From the IMG/VR virus record IMGVR_UViG_3300030330_001767: a DNA stretch of 33,624 nt; one strand, 5' to 3'. The position numbers were made by a program, and so were the translations under genes. Every line of letters starts with the position of its first letter. Position 1 is the first letter of the stretch. Positions 1 to 9,273 of this stretch are shown one piece after another. The DNA is from an uncultured virus (IMG/VR IMGVR_UViG_3300030330_001767) (Duplodnaviria > Heunggongvirae > Uroviricota > Caudoviricetes). The notes under the pieces are model-generated. The model was not told the DNA's origin. It was given only the letters and a program-made list of their open reading frames with translations, and ran no database searches.

Positions 1-26
1 TTTGACTTACACATGAGGTGATGAAC

Positions 27-314
27 ATGGTAGAGATAAGAAATGAAAGATACAAAACAGACGGAACAGTAGAAGTAGAAATTTTAGAGATAACTATAAC
101 ATGGGAAGAAATATTTGTTGAAAGAGAAATGATGATGAAGAACACTGATTCATTTGTTCTTCCCGATAGAGGACTTACAGACTCTCAATTATCAGATATC
201 CAAACTTACAGACAGGCATGGAGAGATATCACTGATTATGATACTGCTGATGAGGCATATGAAAACCTACCAGTTCTACCTGATTGGGTGTTAGAGAATG
301 GGTTAGTAGGCTAA
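27..314 (+). CDS. Phage tail (fibre) assembly chaperone-like protein
   Basis: Contains TDSFVLPD...IQTYRQAWRDITD...LP, resembling the YRQALRD motif of phage tail assembly chaperones. SD GAGGTGA at 15-21 favours the ATG at 27; the track start is 18. Confidence 0.6.
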   Translation: MVEIRNERYKTDGTVEVEILEITITWEEIFVEREMMMKNTDSFVLPDRGLTDSQLSDIQTYRQAWRDITDYDTADEAYENLPVLPDWVLENGLVG

Positions 315-766
315 TCACCAGTCATCTAAGTCTTCAAACATCTCAGTCAAACACCTAATGAACATTGCACAGGTAGAAAATGGTCTATCGTCTATGTTTA
401 CCCCCCCTTATTAGTCTATATTTCATGTTGTAAAATGAACTCACAGACGAAATTTTCCCCAAGCCCGAAGACTCTTGAATAGGGCAACTAATATCCGTAT
501 CCCTCCAATTGTGCATCCCAATAATCCCAATTCCAATCGGGATTTTTCTTTTTGAGATTGTCTAATTTATTATTACCCCTGCTACTTTTAACACCCAATA
601 CCAAGACCCCGTAAGTTCTACGCTAATACCGTCATCTTCCATCCCGCACCAACTGGTGCAAAAAAAACACCGAAGGTTAATTTACTTTTTGCACTGAATA
701 GTCAGTTGTTGCTATTAATCACATAATAGGGAGTATGCGAATCTTGAGGGGTCGAAATTTTTGCAT

Positions 767-814
767 AAAAAAAAGTTGGCCCTATGGCCGGATTCAATTA
801 TCCGACCATAAGGC
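767..814 (-). terminator. Putative terminator of the long minus-strand block: 15-bp hairpin followed by U8
   Basis: Arms 779-793 and 800-814 pair fully on the - strand (two G-U pairs) around a 6-nt loop. A T8 run (767-774) follows 4 nt later. Confidence 0.65.
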
Positions 815-931
815 TTTACATTCCCTACATTGCCATATCTTGATTTGCTCAAGACTACCAACATAAGTTCCTTTGATGCGTTTTGCAATAGTTGGTTGAT
901 TGCAGAATCTACAAGTTTCTCTGAGAGCCAT
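794..931 (-). CDS. 45-aa zinc-ribbon microprotein (not in ORF track)
   Basis: Hand translation MALRETCRFCNQPTIAKRIKGTYVGSLEQIKIWQCRECKALWSDN has two CxxC motifs. Confidence 0.65.
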   Translation of the reverse strand: MALRETCRFCNQPTIAKRIKGTYVGSLEQIKIWQCRECKALWSDN

Positions 932-1076
932 CTCTCTGCCTCTCTTCTTCAATCAACTTCTCCATATACTCTTCAATACTTTCTTCGGAATATTTACTGT
1001 TTCCAAATGCAGCAAAGAAAAGAAGAGAAATTACCAACACAAATACAAACCATGCTAACCATTCAAACGGGGTCAT
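909..1076 (-). CDS. 55-aa single-TM membrane protein (not in ORF track)
   Basis: Hand translation MTPFEWLAWFVFVLVISLLFFAAFGNSKYSEESIEEYMEKLIEEERQRDGSQRNL. The start overlaps the upstream stop (TAATG). Confidence 0.65.
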   Translation of the reverse strand: MTPFEWLAWFVFVLVISLLFFAAFGNSKYSEESIEEYMEKLIEEERQRDGSQRNL

Positions 1077-1672
1077 TACCATTCCACCTCCAATGTCTTT
1101 ACGATTTCTTCGTCAAGGGAGAATCCTTTAACCATTTTGTTAGAAACCCCATGTTTCCATAGGTCATAGACCAATTCGCAGTCTTTTAGACAATATTCTG
1201 CTACTTCTGAATATCTACCTGCTTTCCAAACTATTGGAGCATCAGCACTATCCATTATCTTATCACTACCCAATGTATGTTGAACTAAATTAGAAAGAGA
1301 ATATCTCTCACCGTACTCCTTAGAAAGTATTGCACTGGTATCAATGTATGACTCATTATCCAAATACTTCTTGATACAATAGATATCCATAGCATTCTTC
1401 AAAACAGGTAGGTCAAAGTTACGAATATTGTGACCCAAAAGAACTCCTCCTTTTTGGAAGTGTTCATCTAAATCAAACTTCAAATCAGATAATGGTTTAA
1501 TCTGAACATTGCTTTTGGCTAATTCATCTACCGCTTTATCAATGTATATTGTTCCCTTGTCGCCATCCCATGTGCAAACAGTTGATACAAGAAACATATG
1601 GGTATTGTCCCATCCTCCAATCTCATAGGAGAAGTTCTTTGTTTCTAAGTCAATTGCTAAAACAGACATCAT
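1076..1672 (-). CDS. DEDD/RNase H-like 3'-5' exonuclease (YprB/DnaQ-like)
   Basis: ExoI IDLET, ExoII GHNIRNFD, ExoIII YCLKD. Confidence 0.85.
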   Translation of the reverse strand: MMSVLAIDLETKNFSYEIGGWDNTHMFLVSTVCTWDGDKGTIYIDKAVDELAKSNVQIKPLSDLKFDLDEHFQKGGVLLGHNIRNFDLPVLKNAMDIYCIKKYLDNESYIDTSAILSKEYGERYSLSNLVQHTLGSDKIMDSADAPIVWKAGRYSEVAEYCLKDCELVYDLWKHGVSNKMVKGFSLDEEIVKTLEVEW

Positions 1673-1917
1673 TCATCATCCTTGTTTGATGCAGTCCATA
1701 TAGATGCAATTTTATCTGCTTCTGATTGTTTAGGGTCAGGGGCATCCTTTCGGTTTTCTTTTGTTAAGAATCCTACTAATTGTGTTTCTCCGACATTCAA
1801 CATTGCCGCCAATCTCCAACCTTCTGCTCCAAATGCGTTCAGTTGTTCGATTATTACTTTTGGGCCTTCTCTTACATCAAATACTAAGTATTGATTTTCT
1901 ACCGTTATTTTACTCAT
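1669..1917 (-). CDS. DUF4177-like small protein
   Basis: LNAFGAEGWRL matches the LNxLGxEGWEL pattern; start/stop overlaps with both neighbours. Confidence 0.55.
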   Translation of the reverse strand: MSKITVENQYLVFDVREGPKVIIEQLNAFGAEGWRLAAMLNVGETQLVGFLTKENRKDAPDPKQSEADKIASIWTASNKDDE

Positions 1918-3488
1918 TGGTTTTCACTCCTTTTTAGTTTAACATATCCGTATCTTCCAACCCTCTTCTCATCAAAATGTTCTGATACTTCCTTGTAATT
2001 TCTATACACTTGGGCTTGTCCTCTTCTTGTTAAAGTCATAATATGCTGAAATAGTGTAGTTTTATTTATCCATCGTTCCCCATCAATTGTTCTTGCTTCG
2101 GGTGTTTGCGATAATTTAACAAACGCTTTCTTAAACTCTCCTAGCATGGCTCTCTCTTGAAGTGACTTCCTTTCAGCCTTTAGTGCTAAGTCAAGCCACG
2201 ACACAAGCGACTTATAGCATTGTCGAGTAAGATATGCGCCCTGCCTAACGTGTTTTTCAGTTACGATAAAACGCTTATCCTTGTTTTTGATAACAGTTCC
2301 CGATTCAGCAATACAAGAAATAACGGCTAATTTGACCATCATTCCCTGCATACGGGTGATAAAGTTGTTTGCAACCTCCATAACTGCGGGTCTACTATTC
2401 TGCACAAACTGTTGAAACTTGAAGGTTTCATTCTTTATTGCTTGATTGAATCCTTTTGCAAAAGTTACAGTTTTTAACGGGTCTTCACCGTTTTCTATGT
2501 AGTGTTCTCTTAGAGTTTCATAGATTTGCACAAAAGCATCAGCATATTGTTGGATGGGTTTAGCGTCATCAATAATAACACCATAATCATCAGCAATAGT
2601 TTCTCTAATCATGTTCTGTTCTTCAATAGGAACTTCCCTAATGTAGATAATAGAGCGTTGCATAGCCCCTGTTTCTGAAATAGCAGTAGTTAGGGTCTTT
2701 GGTATGTATGTAGTAGCCCATGAAGATAGTCTTGCATTGCAAGTAAACTCTCCACCTTCCAACTTCTTCTTTCTAATTCTCCAATTCTGACCCCAAAGAG
2801 TGTTCATTAGAGTATTTAGATAGTAAATGATGTTGTTTCTATGTTGTGTCTTACTAAATACACCTGAATCGTGAAACTCATCAAAGATTAGAAGTCCCTC
2901 ACCTTCAAGTTGACCATAATTTTGAACTGGAACGGTTACTGTTCTTGTTTGTCCTGTATCATCGTCAACAACAGTCTCCTCTTCCTCTCCCATACTTCCT
3001 ACCATACCTGCATCTGTTGATTCTCCAACCTCAATTACCTGATAACCTGCTCCTTGACGGTTATGCTCACCAATAGTCTTGAATCCTTTCTCAAAATCAT
3101 TGATATCTGAACCATATTTACTATTCAATTCGTCAAATACCAATTTTGATACTGGCCCAAAGAAATTATACATCTCAGTCTTACCTGTTCCTGATGTTTG
3201 CATCCAAATAACCTGAACTCTTGTGTCAATTCTTCTTTTTCCGGCAGGGATACATACCATATCCTTAGAAATCTGTCCTAAAAGCAAATAAAATGACAAC
3301 ATAGCGGGAACTTCGTTATTTATCGAAACTTCTACTGCATTTTTTACATATTTTTCTACAACAGATGGTATTCTACTTGCTTTTGAGTATTCTCTTCCTT
3401 CTTGAAGCGACTCAAAGTATAATCTATCTATTTCTGCTTCATATTCATCGTCTTGTCCTAATTTTAATTCATTTTCATTATCACTCAT
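1914..3488 (-). CDS. MCM-like AAA+ replicative helicase
   Basis: Walker A QTSGTGKT, STDAGMVG (cf. MCM SxAGLT), Walker B LLIFDEF, Arg finger MQRS, sensor-2-like ITR. Probable start MSDNE at 3488 after GGAG; the track start is 3572. Confidence 0.75.
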   Translation of the reverse strand: MSDNENELKLGQDDEYEAEIDRLYFESLQEGREYSKASRIPSVVEKYVKNAVEVSINNEVPAMLSFYLLLGQISKDMVCIPAGKRRIDTRVQVIWMQTSGTGKTEMYNFFGPVSKLVFDELNSKYGSDINDFEKGFKTIGEHNRQGAGYQVIEVGESTDAGMVGSMGEEEETVVDDDTGQTRTVTVPVQNYGQLEGEGLLIFDEFHDSGVFSKTQHRNNIIYYLNTLMNTLWGQNWRIRKKKLEGGEFTCNARLSSWATTYIPKTLTTAISETGAMQRSIIYIREVPIEEQNMIRETIADDYGVIIDDAKPIQQYADAFVQIYETLREHYIENGEDPLKTVTFAKGFNQAIKNETFKFQQFVQNSRPAVMEVANNFITRMQGMMVKLAVISCIAESGTVIKNKDKRFIVTEKHVRQGAYLTRQCYKSLVSWLDLALKAERKSLQERAMLGEFKKAFVKLSQTPEARTIDGERWINKTTLFQHIMTLTRRGQAQVYRNYKEVSEHFDEKRVGRYGYVKLKRSENQ

Positions 3489-3490
3489 GT

Positions 3491-4189
3491 TTATATCTCC
3501 ATTTTTTCTTCTGAATTTAGTGTGTCGTGTATTCTTTTTGCTAATACACCGCCAATTCCATCTAACGCACACAATTCATTAGATGAGGCTTCTCCAATTT
3601 CCATTATTGAACCAAATGTATCAATGAGAGCCTTTGCTTTCTTCTCACTGACACCTTTTATCGTTGTTAACACATCAATTCTCAAATCAGTTGTGCTAAT
3701 CTTACGTTTCTTTACTATTCGGGGAGTGTAAACTTCCCTATCGTGCGGTTGCATCTTACAAACTACACAAATCAATTGTGCCGCAACTTTTTCATTCTTA
3801 ACCCATAATAAAGTGCAATCTGTATCCAAAATTATCTTTCCCATTGCACCATAGAACTTTTTTGTTAGTAAAACGCTCTGTGTTGCTTTAGGCATAGTAG
3901 ATTTAGAATGAGATAGATGGGTTTGTATTGCTTCTTCTATTGTTCCATACAGAATAACTATGTTGTTAGCAAATGCTCTATCCATGTTATCCATTTGATT
4001 CCAAAGCCTGTTGTTAACAATAGATTGTAAAAAATCAAAGGAAGACTTTGCTTCAAAGCAAACATCGTTGAAAACATAATCACCAATATCTAACCATTCC
4101 TTTTCAGTTTGAATATTGAGTTCAGATGCTTTTTCTAAGACTTGTTTAGTTAACTCAGAGTTTTCTCTACTGTCTATTTTTAGTTTCAT
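3491..4189 (-). CDS. ERCC4/XPF (Hef-like) structure-specific endonuclease with HhH2
   Basis: IDSRE, GDY and EAKS catalytic motifs; C-terminal IKGVS and LDGIG helix-hairpin-helix motifs. Confidence 0.9.
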   Translation of the reverse strand: MKLKIDSRENSELTKQVLEKASELNIQTEKEWLDIGDYVFNDVCFEAKSSFDFLQSIVNNRLWNQMDNMDRAFANNIVILYGTIEEAIQTHLSHSKSTMPKATQSVLLTKKFYGAMGKIILDTDCTLLWVKNEKVAAQLICVVCKMQPHDREVYTPRIVKKRKISTTDLRIDVLTTIKGVSEKKAKALIDTFGSIMEIGEASSNELCALDGIGGVLAKRIHDTLNSEEKMEI

Positions 4190-4391
4190 CTGAAACCCTC
4201 CACTTTAATACTAATGCCCTTGCTAATTTTGTTTTACTGATTCCGACTCTACCTTGCCATCCATTTTTTTCAGGTATATTCAAAAGAGTGCAAAGTTGTT
4301 TTATTGTAAACATATCGCATAGTTCATCTTCAACACTTCTCTTCCCTTTGATAATTGATTTTGCTTCTTTTAGTCTATCTCTTGCATTCAT
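4167..4391 (-). CDS. Hypothetical protein
   Basis: 74-aa ORF coupled with its neighbours, GGAG SD. Confidence 0.6.
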   Translation of the reverse strand: MNARDRLKEAKSIIKGKRSVEDELCDMFTIKQLCTLLNIPEKNGWQGRVGISKTKLARALVLKWRVSDETKNRQ

Positions 4392-4507
4392 CTAAAATTC
4401 TCCTTCAAATACATCCACTGTTCAAGTGTTAGTGGTTTCATACATTCAGCACATTTTCCATAGTGCCAATCTGTTTGATTCCATTTTCTTCCACAAGAAC
4501 ATTTCAA
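4388..4507 (-). CDS. 39-aa zinc-finger microprotein (TTG start, not in ORF track)
   Basis: Hand translation MKCSCGRKWNQTDWHYGKCAECMKPLTLEQWMYLKENFR. GGAGG SD; overlaps both neighbours and fills the gap exactly. Confidence 0.55.
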   Translation of the reverse strand: MKCSCGRKWNQTDWHYGKCAECMKPLTLEQWMYLKENFR

Positions 4508-5502
4508 TCTACATACCTCCAACATTTTCCTACACAATACCCTTGTGCAATTAGTTTATCACAACTCGGAGTATGATATCCTTTAGAAACTATACCACTA
4601 ACATACATCTTAGTGACATCATAGTTCCAATCTAACCAAACTTCATCAAGAGAAGCAATCTTCTCTAACTCAACCATAATAGTATCAATTACTTTTTCTT
4701 GTTGTTCAGGTGAAATGTTTCTTTCTCTACCTGTAAGCAAATCTCTCCACCAATGTATGAGATACACTCTTGCATTGTGGCTTGGATTTTCCACCATAAT
4801 CGAATTGTGTAAACATGGTAGTATTGGTAAACTACCAACAGGCTTAGGCATTTCAACTTCAATGTCAGAAGCCTCAATCGGTTCTACTGTTGGAAATTTA
4901 ATTCTCTTTGAACCATACTTGATATCTAAAGGAACAATATTCTTTGCTGATTGTAGTATCAAATCTAAATCTTCCAACTTGTAGTTGATTGGAATACAGA
5001 AGTAAGATTTGTCTTCATCGTAGGTAGTGCTTAGATTCATTGAGTTAGGTATTCTTCTCAAGCGATTTATCTGAATCCCACTACTATCCAAAGTAGGATG
5101 GTCTTTAGCCAACTCGGTATAATACTGCTGAATGCACCGGATATCATTTACTCGCTCTCCTAGTGCAATTATGTGGAAGCCTTTACCACTGAAATAACTT
5201 CTGAACATAATGTCTTGTGATTCTAACTTCTTAGCCACTTCGACAAAATCCTTGTGAGCAAGTTCAAGTGGTTTGCCATGTGCATCAAAATCCAAGAACA
5301 TTCTATCCAGTATAACAGATGAATCAATCTGAGTATTATCATTGATATCCTCAAAGTCATAGACTGTCGTATAACAATTCATCTTTCCATTGAATTGGTT
5401 AAACCAATCAAGAAACTCACTTTTTGTTTTTACTACCTTTCTTCTCATCTGTGGTGCGTGTCTTAGATGACTTCCCGCCCACACTACTCTCGGAAACTTC
5501 AT
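4504..5502 (-). CDS. priS: Archaeo-eukaryotic primase: PriS catalytic domain fused to a PriL-like Fe-S domain
   Basis: AEP motifs FLDFD, SGKGFH and RLRRIPNS; C-terminal LPC...PSCDKL...GYCVGKC cysteines. Confidence 0.85.
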   Translation of the reverse strand: MKFPRVVWAGSHLRHAPQMRRKVVKTKSEFLDWFNQFNGKMNCYTTVYDFEDINDNTQIDSSVILDRMFLDFDAHGKPLELAHKDFVEVAKKLESQDIMFRSYFSGKGFHIIALGERVNDIRCIQQYYTELAKDHPTLDSSGIQINRLRRIPNSMNLSTTYDEDKSYFCIPINYKLEDLDLILQSAKNIVPLDIKYGSKRIKFPTVEPIEASDIEVEMPKPVGSLPILPCLHNSIMVENPSHNARVYLIHWWRDLLTGRERNISPEQQEKVIDTIMVELEKIASLDEVWLDWNYDVTKMYVSGIVSKGYHTPSCDKLIAQGYCVGKCWRYVD

Positions 5503-5788
5503 TTGTATTGTCCTCCTTTTTATTAAAATTAATTTTAGCCGTTGTTAGTTCTGCTTTGACTGCGTTTGCTACTGACTCCTTCAACTTAGTTGATGCGATA
5601 GAATAGAACTCCTGTCCTATGTCTTCCCACACTAAATCCAACTTTTCCTTAGCAGATAGTTCTGCATAGATTGCATCTGCAAATCCTTCTACAACACTTG
5701 TCATATTCTGCAATTCTGCAAAAGTCCAGTCTTTATCTTTCAACATTGTTTTTACTCTATCATCAATTGTTATTGTTTCATCACTCAT
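5417..5788 (-). CDS. Hypothetical protein
   Basis: 123-aa ORF with GGAG SD and an ATGA overlap. Confidence 0.65.
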   Translation of the reverse strand: MSDETITIDDRVKTMLKDKDWTFAELQNMTSVVEGFADAIYAELSAKEKLDLVWEDIGQEFYSIASTKLKESVANAVKAELTTAKINFNKKEDNTNEVSESSVGGKSSKTRTTDEKKGSKNKK

Positions 5789-5997
5789 TGTTTTGTCTCC
5801 TGTAAGAACTTGATTATTTCACTTGGCCCACGAATGAACTGTCCATCATCAGTCTCTAATGTAGGAACGGTTCTAATGTCAGAAGGTGGTTTATCTTTAT
5901 CCACATCCATAAGTTGAACTGACACATCAGGGTTTCGTGCTAACCATGCTTTAACTTGTTTACATGGGACACACCATGTTGCTGACCATACTCTCAT
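5785..5997 (-). CDS. Thioredoxin/glutaredoxin-like protein
   Basis: WCVPC redox motif and TVPT cis-Pro motif. Confidence 0.85.
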   Translation of the reverse strand: MRVWSATWCVPCKQVKAWLARNPDVSVQLMDVDKDKPPSDIRTVPTLETDDGQFIRGPSEIIKFLQETKQ

Positions 5998-6056
5998 TTC
6001 TTCTTCCTCCTTTTCTTGTATTCCTCTTTCAATTTACGATACTTTTCCCACTTCAT
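5994..6056 (-). CDS. 20-aa basic micropeptide (not in ORF track)
   Basis: Hand translation MKWEKYRKLKEEYKKRRKKK. AGGTGA SD; ATGA overlaps at both ends. Confidence 0.4.
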   Translation of the reverse strand: MKWEKYRKLKEEYKKRRKKK

Positions 6057-6700
6057 AGTAAATCACCTATTTCATCCCAACCGTGTTCGTTCATGGAAAA
6101 ACTCTCTCTGCAAAAGATGGGGTTTCTATCCCTCGCCGCAGAGTATACACATAATCCGAGAATGTCTACTACTTCATCTTCACCCGGAAAAAACTGTTTC
6201 GCCTTTCGTAACTCATGTAATCTCTTCTTTTGAAAATCAGTCATGTTTGAAGAGTCAATGTTTTCCTTTGTTAGAACGAATGACTTAGAGTTCCATCTAA
6301 TGTCAGAACCCATATAAGGTTGAACATCAACTATTATTATACTGTGTCTAAACTTATTGTCTCCTTTTTCCTTGAGAAGTTCATTCACTATCCAATCAGC
6401 CCAATCTTCATTGTGATTAGGGTGTCCTTTGTAGGTAGAGAATCTATGTCTAAAATGAGTATTTTTGTATGTGATAATATGTATGTCTGAAAACTCCTTT
6501 TCCGGTGCGGGATAATTATATCCATCAGTGCCATTGCGTGTAGAATACGGAAGAGTGTAATTAGTCAATAAATAACGTATGCGTGTTCCACCACCCATCG
6601 GGTCAACAACATATTCCCACTCGCAAAATTCAGGATTAGATTTCCATAATGCTTTAGAATAAGTATTCCAATCCGGTTTTTGTTTATTCTTTTTACGCAT
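6053..6700 (-). CDS. Hypothetical protein
   Basis: About 215-aa ORF. A TAATG overlap favours start 6700; the track start is 6709. Confidence 0.65.
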   Translation of the reverse strand: MRKKNKQKPDWNTYSKALWKSNPEFCEWEYVVDPMGGGTRIRYLLTNYTLPYSTRNGTDGYNYPAPEKEFSDIHIITYKNTHFRHRFSTYKGHPNHNEDWADWIVNELLKEKGDNKFRHSIIIVDVQPYMGSDIRWNSKSFVLTKENIDSSNMTDFQKKRLHELRKAKQFFPGEDEVVDILGLCVYSAARDRNPIFCRESFSMNEHGWDEIGDLL

Positions 6701-7590
6701 TATAGCCACCCTGTTGATTGTGCCTCATCACATATTGAATAATACGAACAGTTAGGGCAACTGCGAGGCTTGTAATCTGTTGGGAATACTCCTCTCTCAT
6801 ATGCGTGAACTAAGTTTGCTAGTCTTTTCAAGAGCGCAGTAGTGCTTGCTTTCTTTACTTCTTCAAGGTGCATAACGTTGTTCTTGGGAAAGAACCAAGC
6901 CCAATGTGTTATCTGCTTATCTCTTGTTAATCCCAATGCTTCAATATCTTCATCCGTTGCATTATCAAACAATAACTTGTAGAAAGCCATCTCTAATCTC
7001 ATATCGGATGCTTTACTGCTATGGTTGTATTTTCCTGTTTTAAGTTCCATAGGGATGTATCCTTCCTCAACTTCAAACATTCTATCTATGATACCTTGAA
7101 GATGAACAACATAATCTCTTTCCAATCTAATTGTAGGGAAGTCTTCACGCCTTATCTCAAACTTAGCATTTAGAGTTGCTTCATTGATTACAGGTAAGAA
7201 AGAATCTAATGTTCCTTCTTCTTTAGCGTCTAAGAACCTATTTGCTTCAAAAGAAGCAATGGTTTCGTACATATAACTCATCTCATCTAAAGGAAAGAGG
7301 GTGTAACAATAGTTCAACAACTCATCAGATGAAAGATTCTCAGCCTTAGCAATGTCAAACTGATTAAAGAAATCCTCTCTTGCATTGTGAACTAAAGTTC
7401 CTTGATACATTGCTTCTGTTGTGTCTTGTGGTTTTTGTTCAATATAGTTGAACTCATATTTCTTAGGACACCATTTGAATCCCATGAATGATGATTTAGT
7501 TATCTTAAGTATAGGTAAACTATCATCACCATAGGTTTCAGGATTCCATTGGTATGTGTATTCATTTGTATTACTACTTGGTTTGCTCAT
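6700..7590 (-). CDS. Cas4-like PD-(D/E)xK exonuclease with Fe-S cysteines (solo, no CRISPR)
   Basis: WCPKK, GTLVH, GIID, ELKTG, EMAFY and C-terminal CPNCSYYSIC. Confidence 0.85.
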   Translation of the reverse strand: MSKPSSNTNEYTYQWNPETYGDDSLPILKITKSSFMGFKWCPKKYEFNYIEQKPQDTTEAMYQGTLVHNAREDFFNQFDIAKAENLSSDELLNYCYTLFPLDEMSYMYETIASFEANRFLDAKEEGTLDSFLPVINEATLNAKFEIRREDFPTIRLERDYVVHLQGIIDRMFEVEEGYIPMELKTGKYNHSSKASDMRLEMAFYKLLFDNATDEDIEALGLTRDKQITHWAWFFPKNNVMHLEEVKKASTTALLKRLANLVHAYERGVFPTDYKPRSCPNCSYYSICDEAQSTGWL

Positions 7591-7999
7591 TTCTTATTCT
7601 CTCCATATATTTTTTTCTTCTTTCTATTGCGTTCAATTTTTCAACGGTTGAACTACTACCTTTACGAACCTTCTGTCTTTCTTGAATTACCTTATCTATT
7701 TCTTCTAAGTTGTTGACAATACACTTGTTACACTTACAACCTTCTTCGCAAGAAGGTGCATCAGGTGCATCAATCAAACCCATTTTAGGCATTCCTTTTT
7801 CTACGTATACCTGATAGCCTATTACATATTTAGGTTCATCAAACATGATAGTTTGGGCTACAAAATCTTTCTTCAATTCAACTGCTTGTCTTGCTGATTT
7901 TATTTCAGGTGGTCTGAACTTCCGATAGAGTTTGATTAACTTATCAACTCTTTTTTGATTAGACCATGAAAGGGATTTGTATATTCTTTTCAAAACCAT
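7574..7999 (-). CDS. Hypothetical protein with a Cys cluster
   Basis: 141-aa ORF containing CEEGCKCNKC. Confidence 0.6.
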   Translation of the reverse strand: MVLKRIYKSLSWSNQKRVDKLIKLYRKFRPPEIKSARQAVELKKDFVAQTIMFDEPKYVIGYQVYVEKGMPKMGLIDAPDAPSCEEGCKCNKCIVNNLEEIDKVIQERQKVRKGSSSTVEKLNAIERRKKYMERIRNEQTK

Positions 8000-8910
8000 T
8001 CATCCAACTCCGTTTGGTTATTGTCTTTCATTATCTTTGATACATCCCAACCCATTGCTTCATAGATAGGTTCTGCCTTACTTACAATAGAAGAAGCATA
8101 ATGCCTGTAATCAGGTGTGTATCCTTCCAGTTCAGCATAAGTATTCTTTGAAATATATCTTGGGCTAACATAGGTTTTATTCATGGGATGATAATATGTG
8201 TCTTTTACATCAACTATTTTTAGATACAAGTATGAATCCTCTATTAGATTATCAGGGTTCATGTAGTTGTGATAGATTACTCCTTCTACGCCTGAACCGA
8301 TAATTGCTCTCTTACCTTCTAACGTTACATATGTAGGATTATTACAACATACCTTCATTGGGTCATTAACTAAATCCATCAATGATATCTTAGGATTCTT
8401 TCTCTTAGAATAAAATCCTTCTTTGGTGCAATTACTACATTTTACGCTAAATCTTTCTTCACGGTATCTACTTCGTTGTGCTAGTTTAGATATCTCAATA
8501 TCTCCACTCAGAACCTTTTGATACTCAGACTGTAAGAATGAAGTTATCTCTTCTTCCGACTGTTCCTTAACCCATCTGTCTAAGACTTCTAACTGAATCT
8601 CCTTAGCAAGAGGAGTAATTGCTACTCTCTTTGCAGTAAATCCTGTCATCGTAAACTGTAACTCATCAAGAAACTCTCCATCTTTCCATGATATTAGACC
8701 TGCATTTCTGTTTTTCTTACATCCTACACCCAATGTCTTGAAGAACTTCTCAAACTCTAAGGTTACAGGATGTTCCTCTAACCCTAATAAGTTTGGAAAC
8801 TTCTCCCTAACATGGGCGTTAAGAATCTGTAAAACATCTTCTGCTTTACTGATATCATCATCTTCCATCTCTACATAGATGGAATCTGTATGTCCATAAA
8901 CTACTTTCAT
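7990..8910 (-). CDS. polB: Family B DNA polymerase, C-terminal part (motif C, thumb, PIP box)
   Basis: Begins MKVVYGHTDSIY (motif C); LEFEK; KKNRNAG; terminal PIP box QTELDEWF. Confidence 0.9.
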   Translation of the reverse strand: MKVVYGHTDSIYVEMEDDDISKAEDVLQILNAHVREKFPNLLGLEEHPVTLEFEKFFKTLGVGCKKNRNAGLISWKDGEFLDELQFTMTGFTAKRVAITPLAKEIQLEVLDRWVKEQSEEEITSFLQSEYQKVLSGDIEISKLAQRSRYREERFSVKCSNCTKEGFYSKRKNPKISLMDLVNDPMKVCCNNPTYVTLEGKRAIIGSGVEGVIYHNYMNPDNLIEDSYLYLKIVDVKDTYYHPMNKTYVSPRYISKNTYAELEGYTPDYRHYASSIVSKAEPIYEAMGWDVSKIMKDNNQTELDEWF

Positions 8911-9273
8911 TTACATCACTATCCTATACAAATATTTACTTTTTCTCTGTGCATTACTTTCAGGTATTAACAAATCCTTTCTATCTAAATTGTGTTGAGC
9001 AACAATTCTACTAACAATGTAGTATGTGTTTTTCTTTGGTGCGGGTAATCCGAAAATATTACCTCTCCACCCAACTGAATTATACCATCCACTTTTTTCA
9101 AATATGGGTATTTTTATTCCATCTTGTTCTATAACCTCTACCTTTTCCGTAGATTGATTATTCATTCTCGCCCACATTTTACTCGGTTCTATTACGACTT
9201 TCTTTTCTACATTATTAACAATCTGATGTATTACGATATCATGGTTAGTTAGATTGACTAACTTTACCATCAT
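8911..9273 (-). CDS. Viral protein of unknown function lying between the polB halves
   Basis: NLTNHDI...GLPAP...YYIVSRIVA...RKDLLIP resembles a family of small uncharacterised phage proteins (recalled, not searched); visibly AT-rich. Confidence 0.7.
   Translation of the reverse strand: MMVKLVNLTNHDIVIHQIVNNVEKKVVIEPSKMWARMNNQSTEKVEVIEQDGIKIPIFEKSGWYNSVGWRGNIFGLPAPKKNTYYIVSRIVAQHNLDRKDLLIPESNAQRKSKYLYRIVM

Noticed and set aside
315..760. Very short minus-strand ORFs and a possible replication origin in the left gap
   Set aside because: The ORFs are about 26-40 aa with weak or non-ATG starts, and no iteron or ORB-like repeats were seen.
6700..7590. Cas4-like gene as evidence of a CRISPR-Cas system
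   Set aside because: No repeat-spacer array or other cas genes were seen; solo Cas4-like nucleases are common in archaeal viruses.
8911..9273. Intein, intron or homing endonuclease interrupting polB
   Set aside because: No Cys/Ser...His-Asn termini and no LAGLIDADG, HNH or GIY-YIG motif; both halves have their own start and stop codons.
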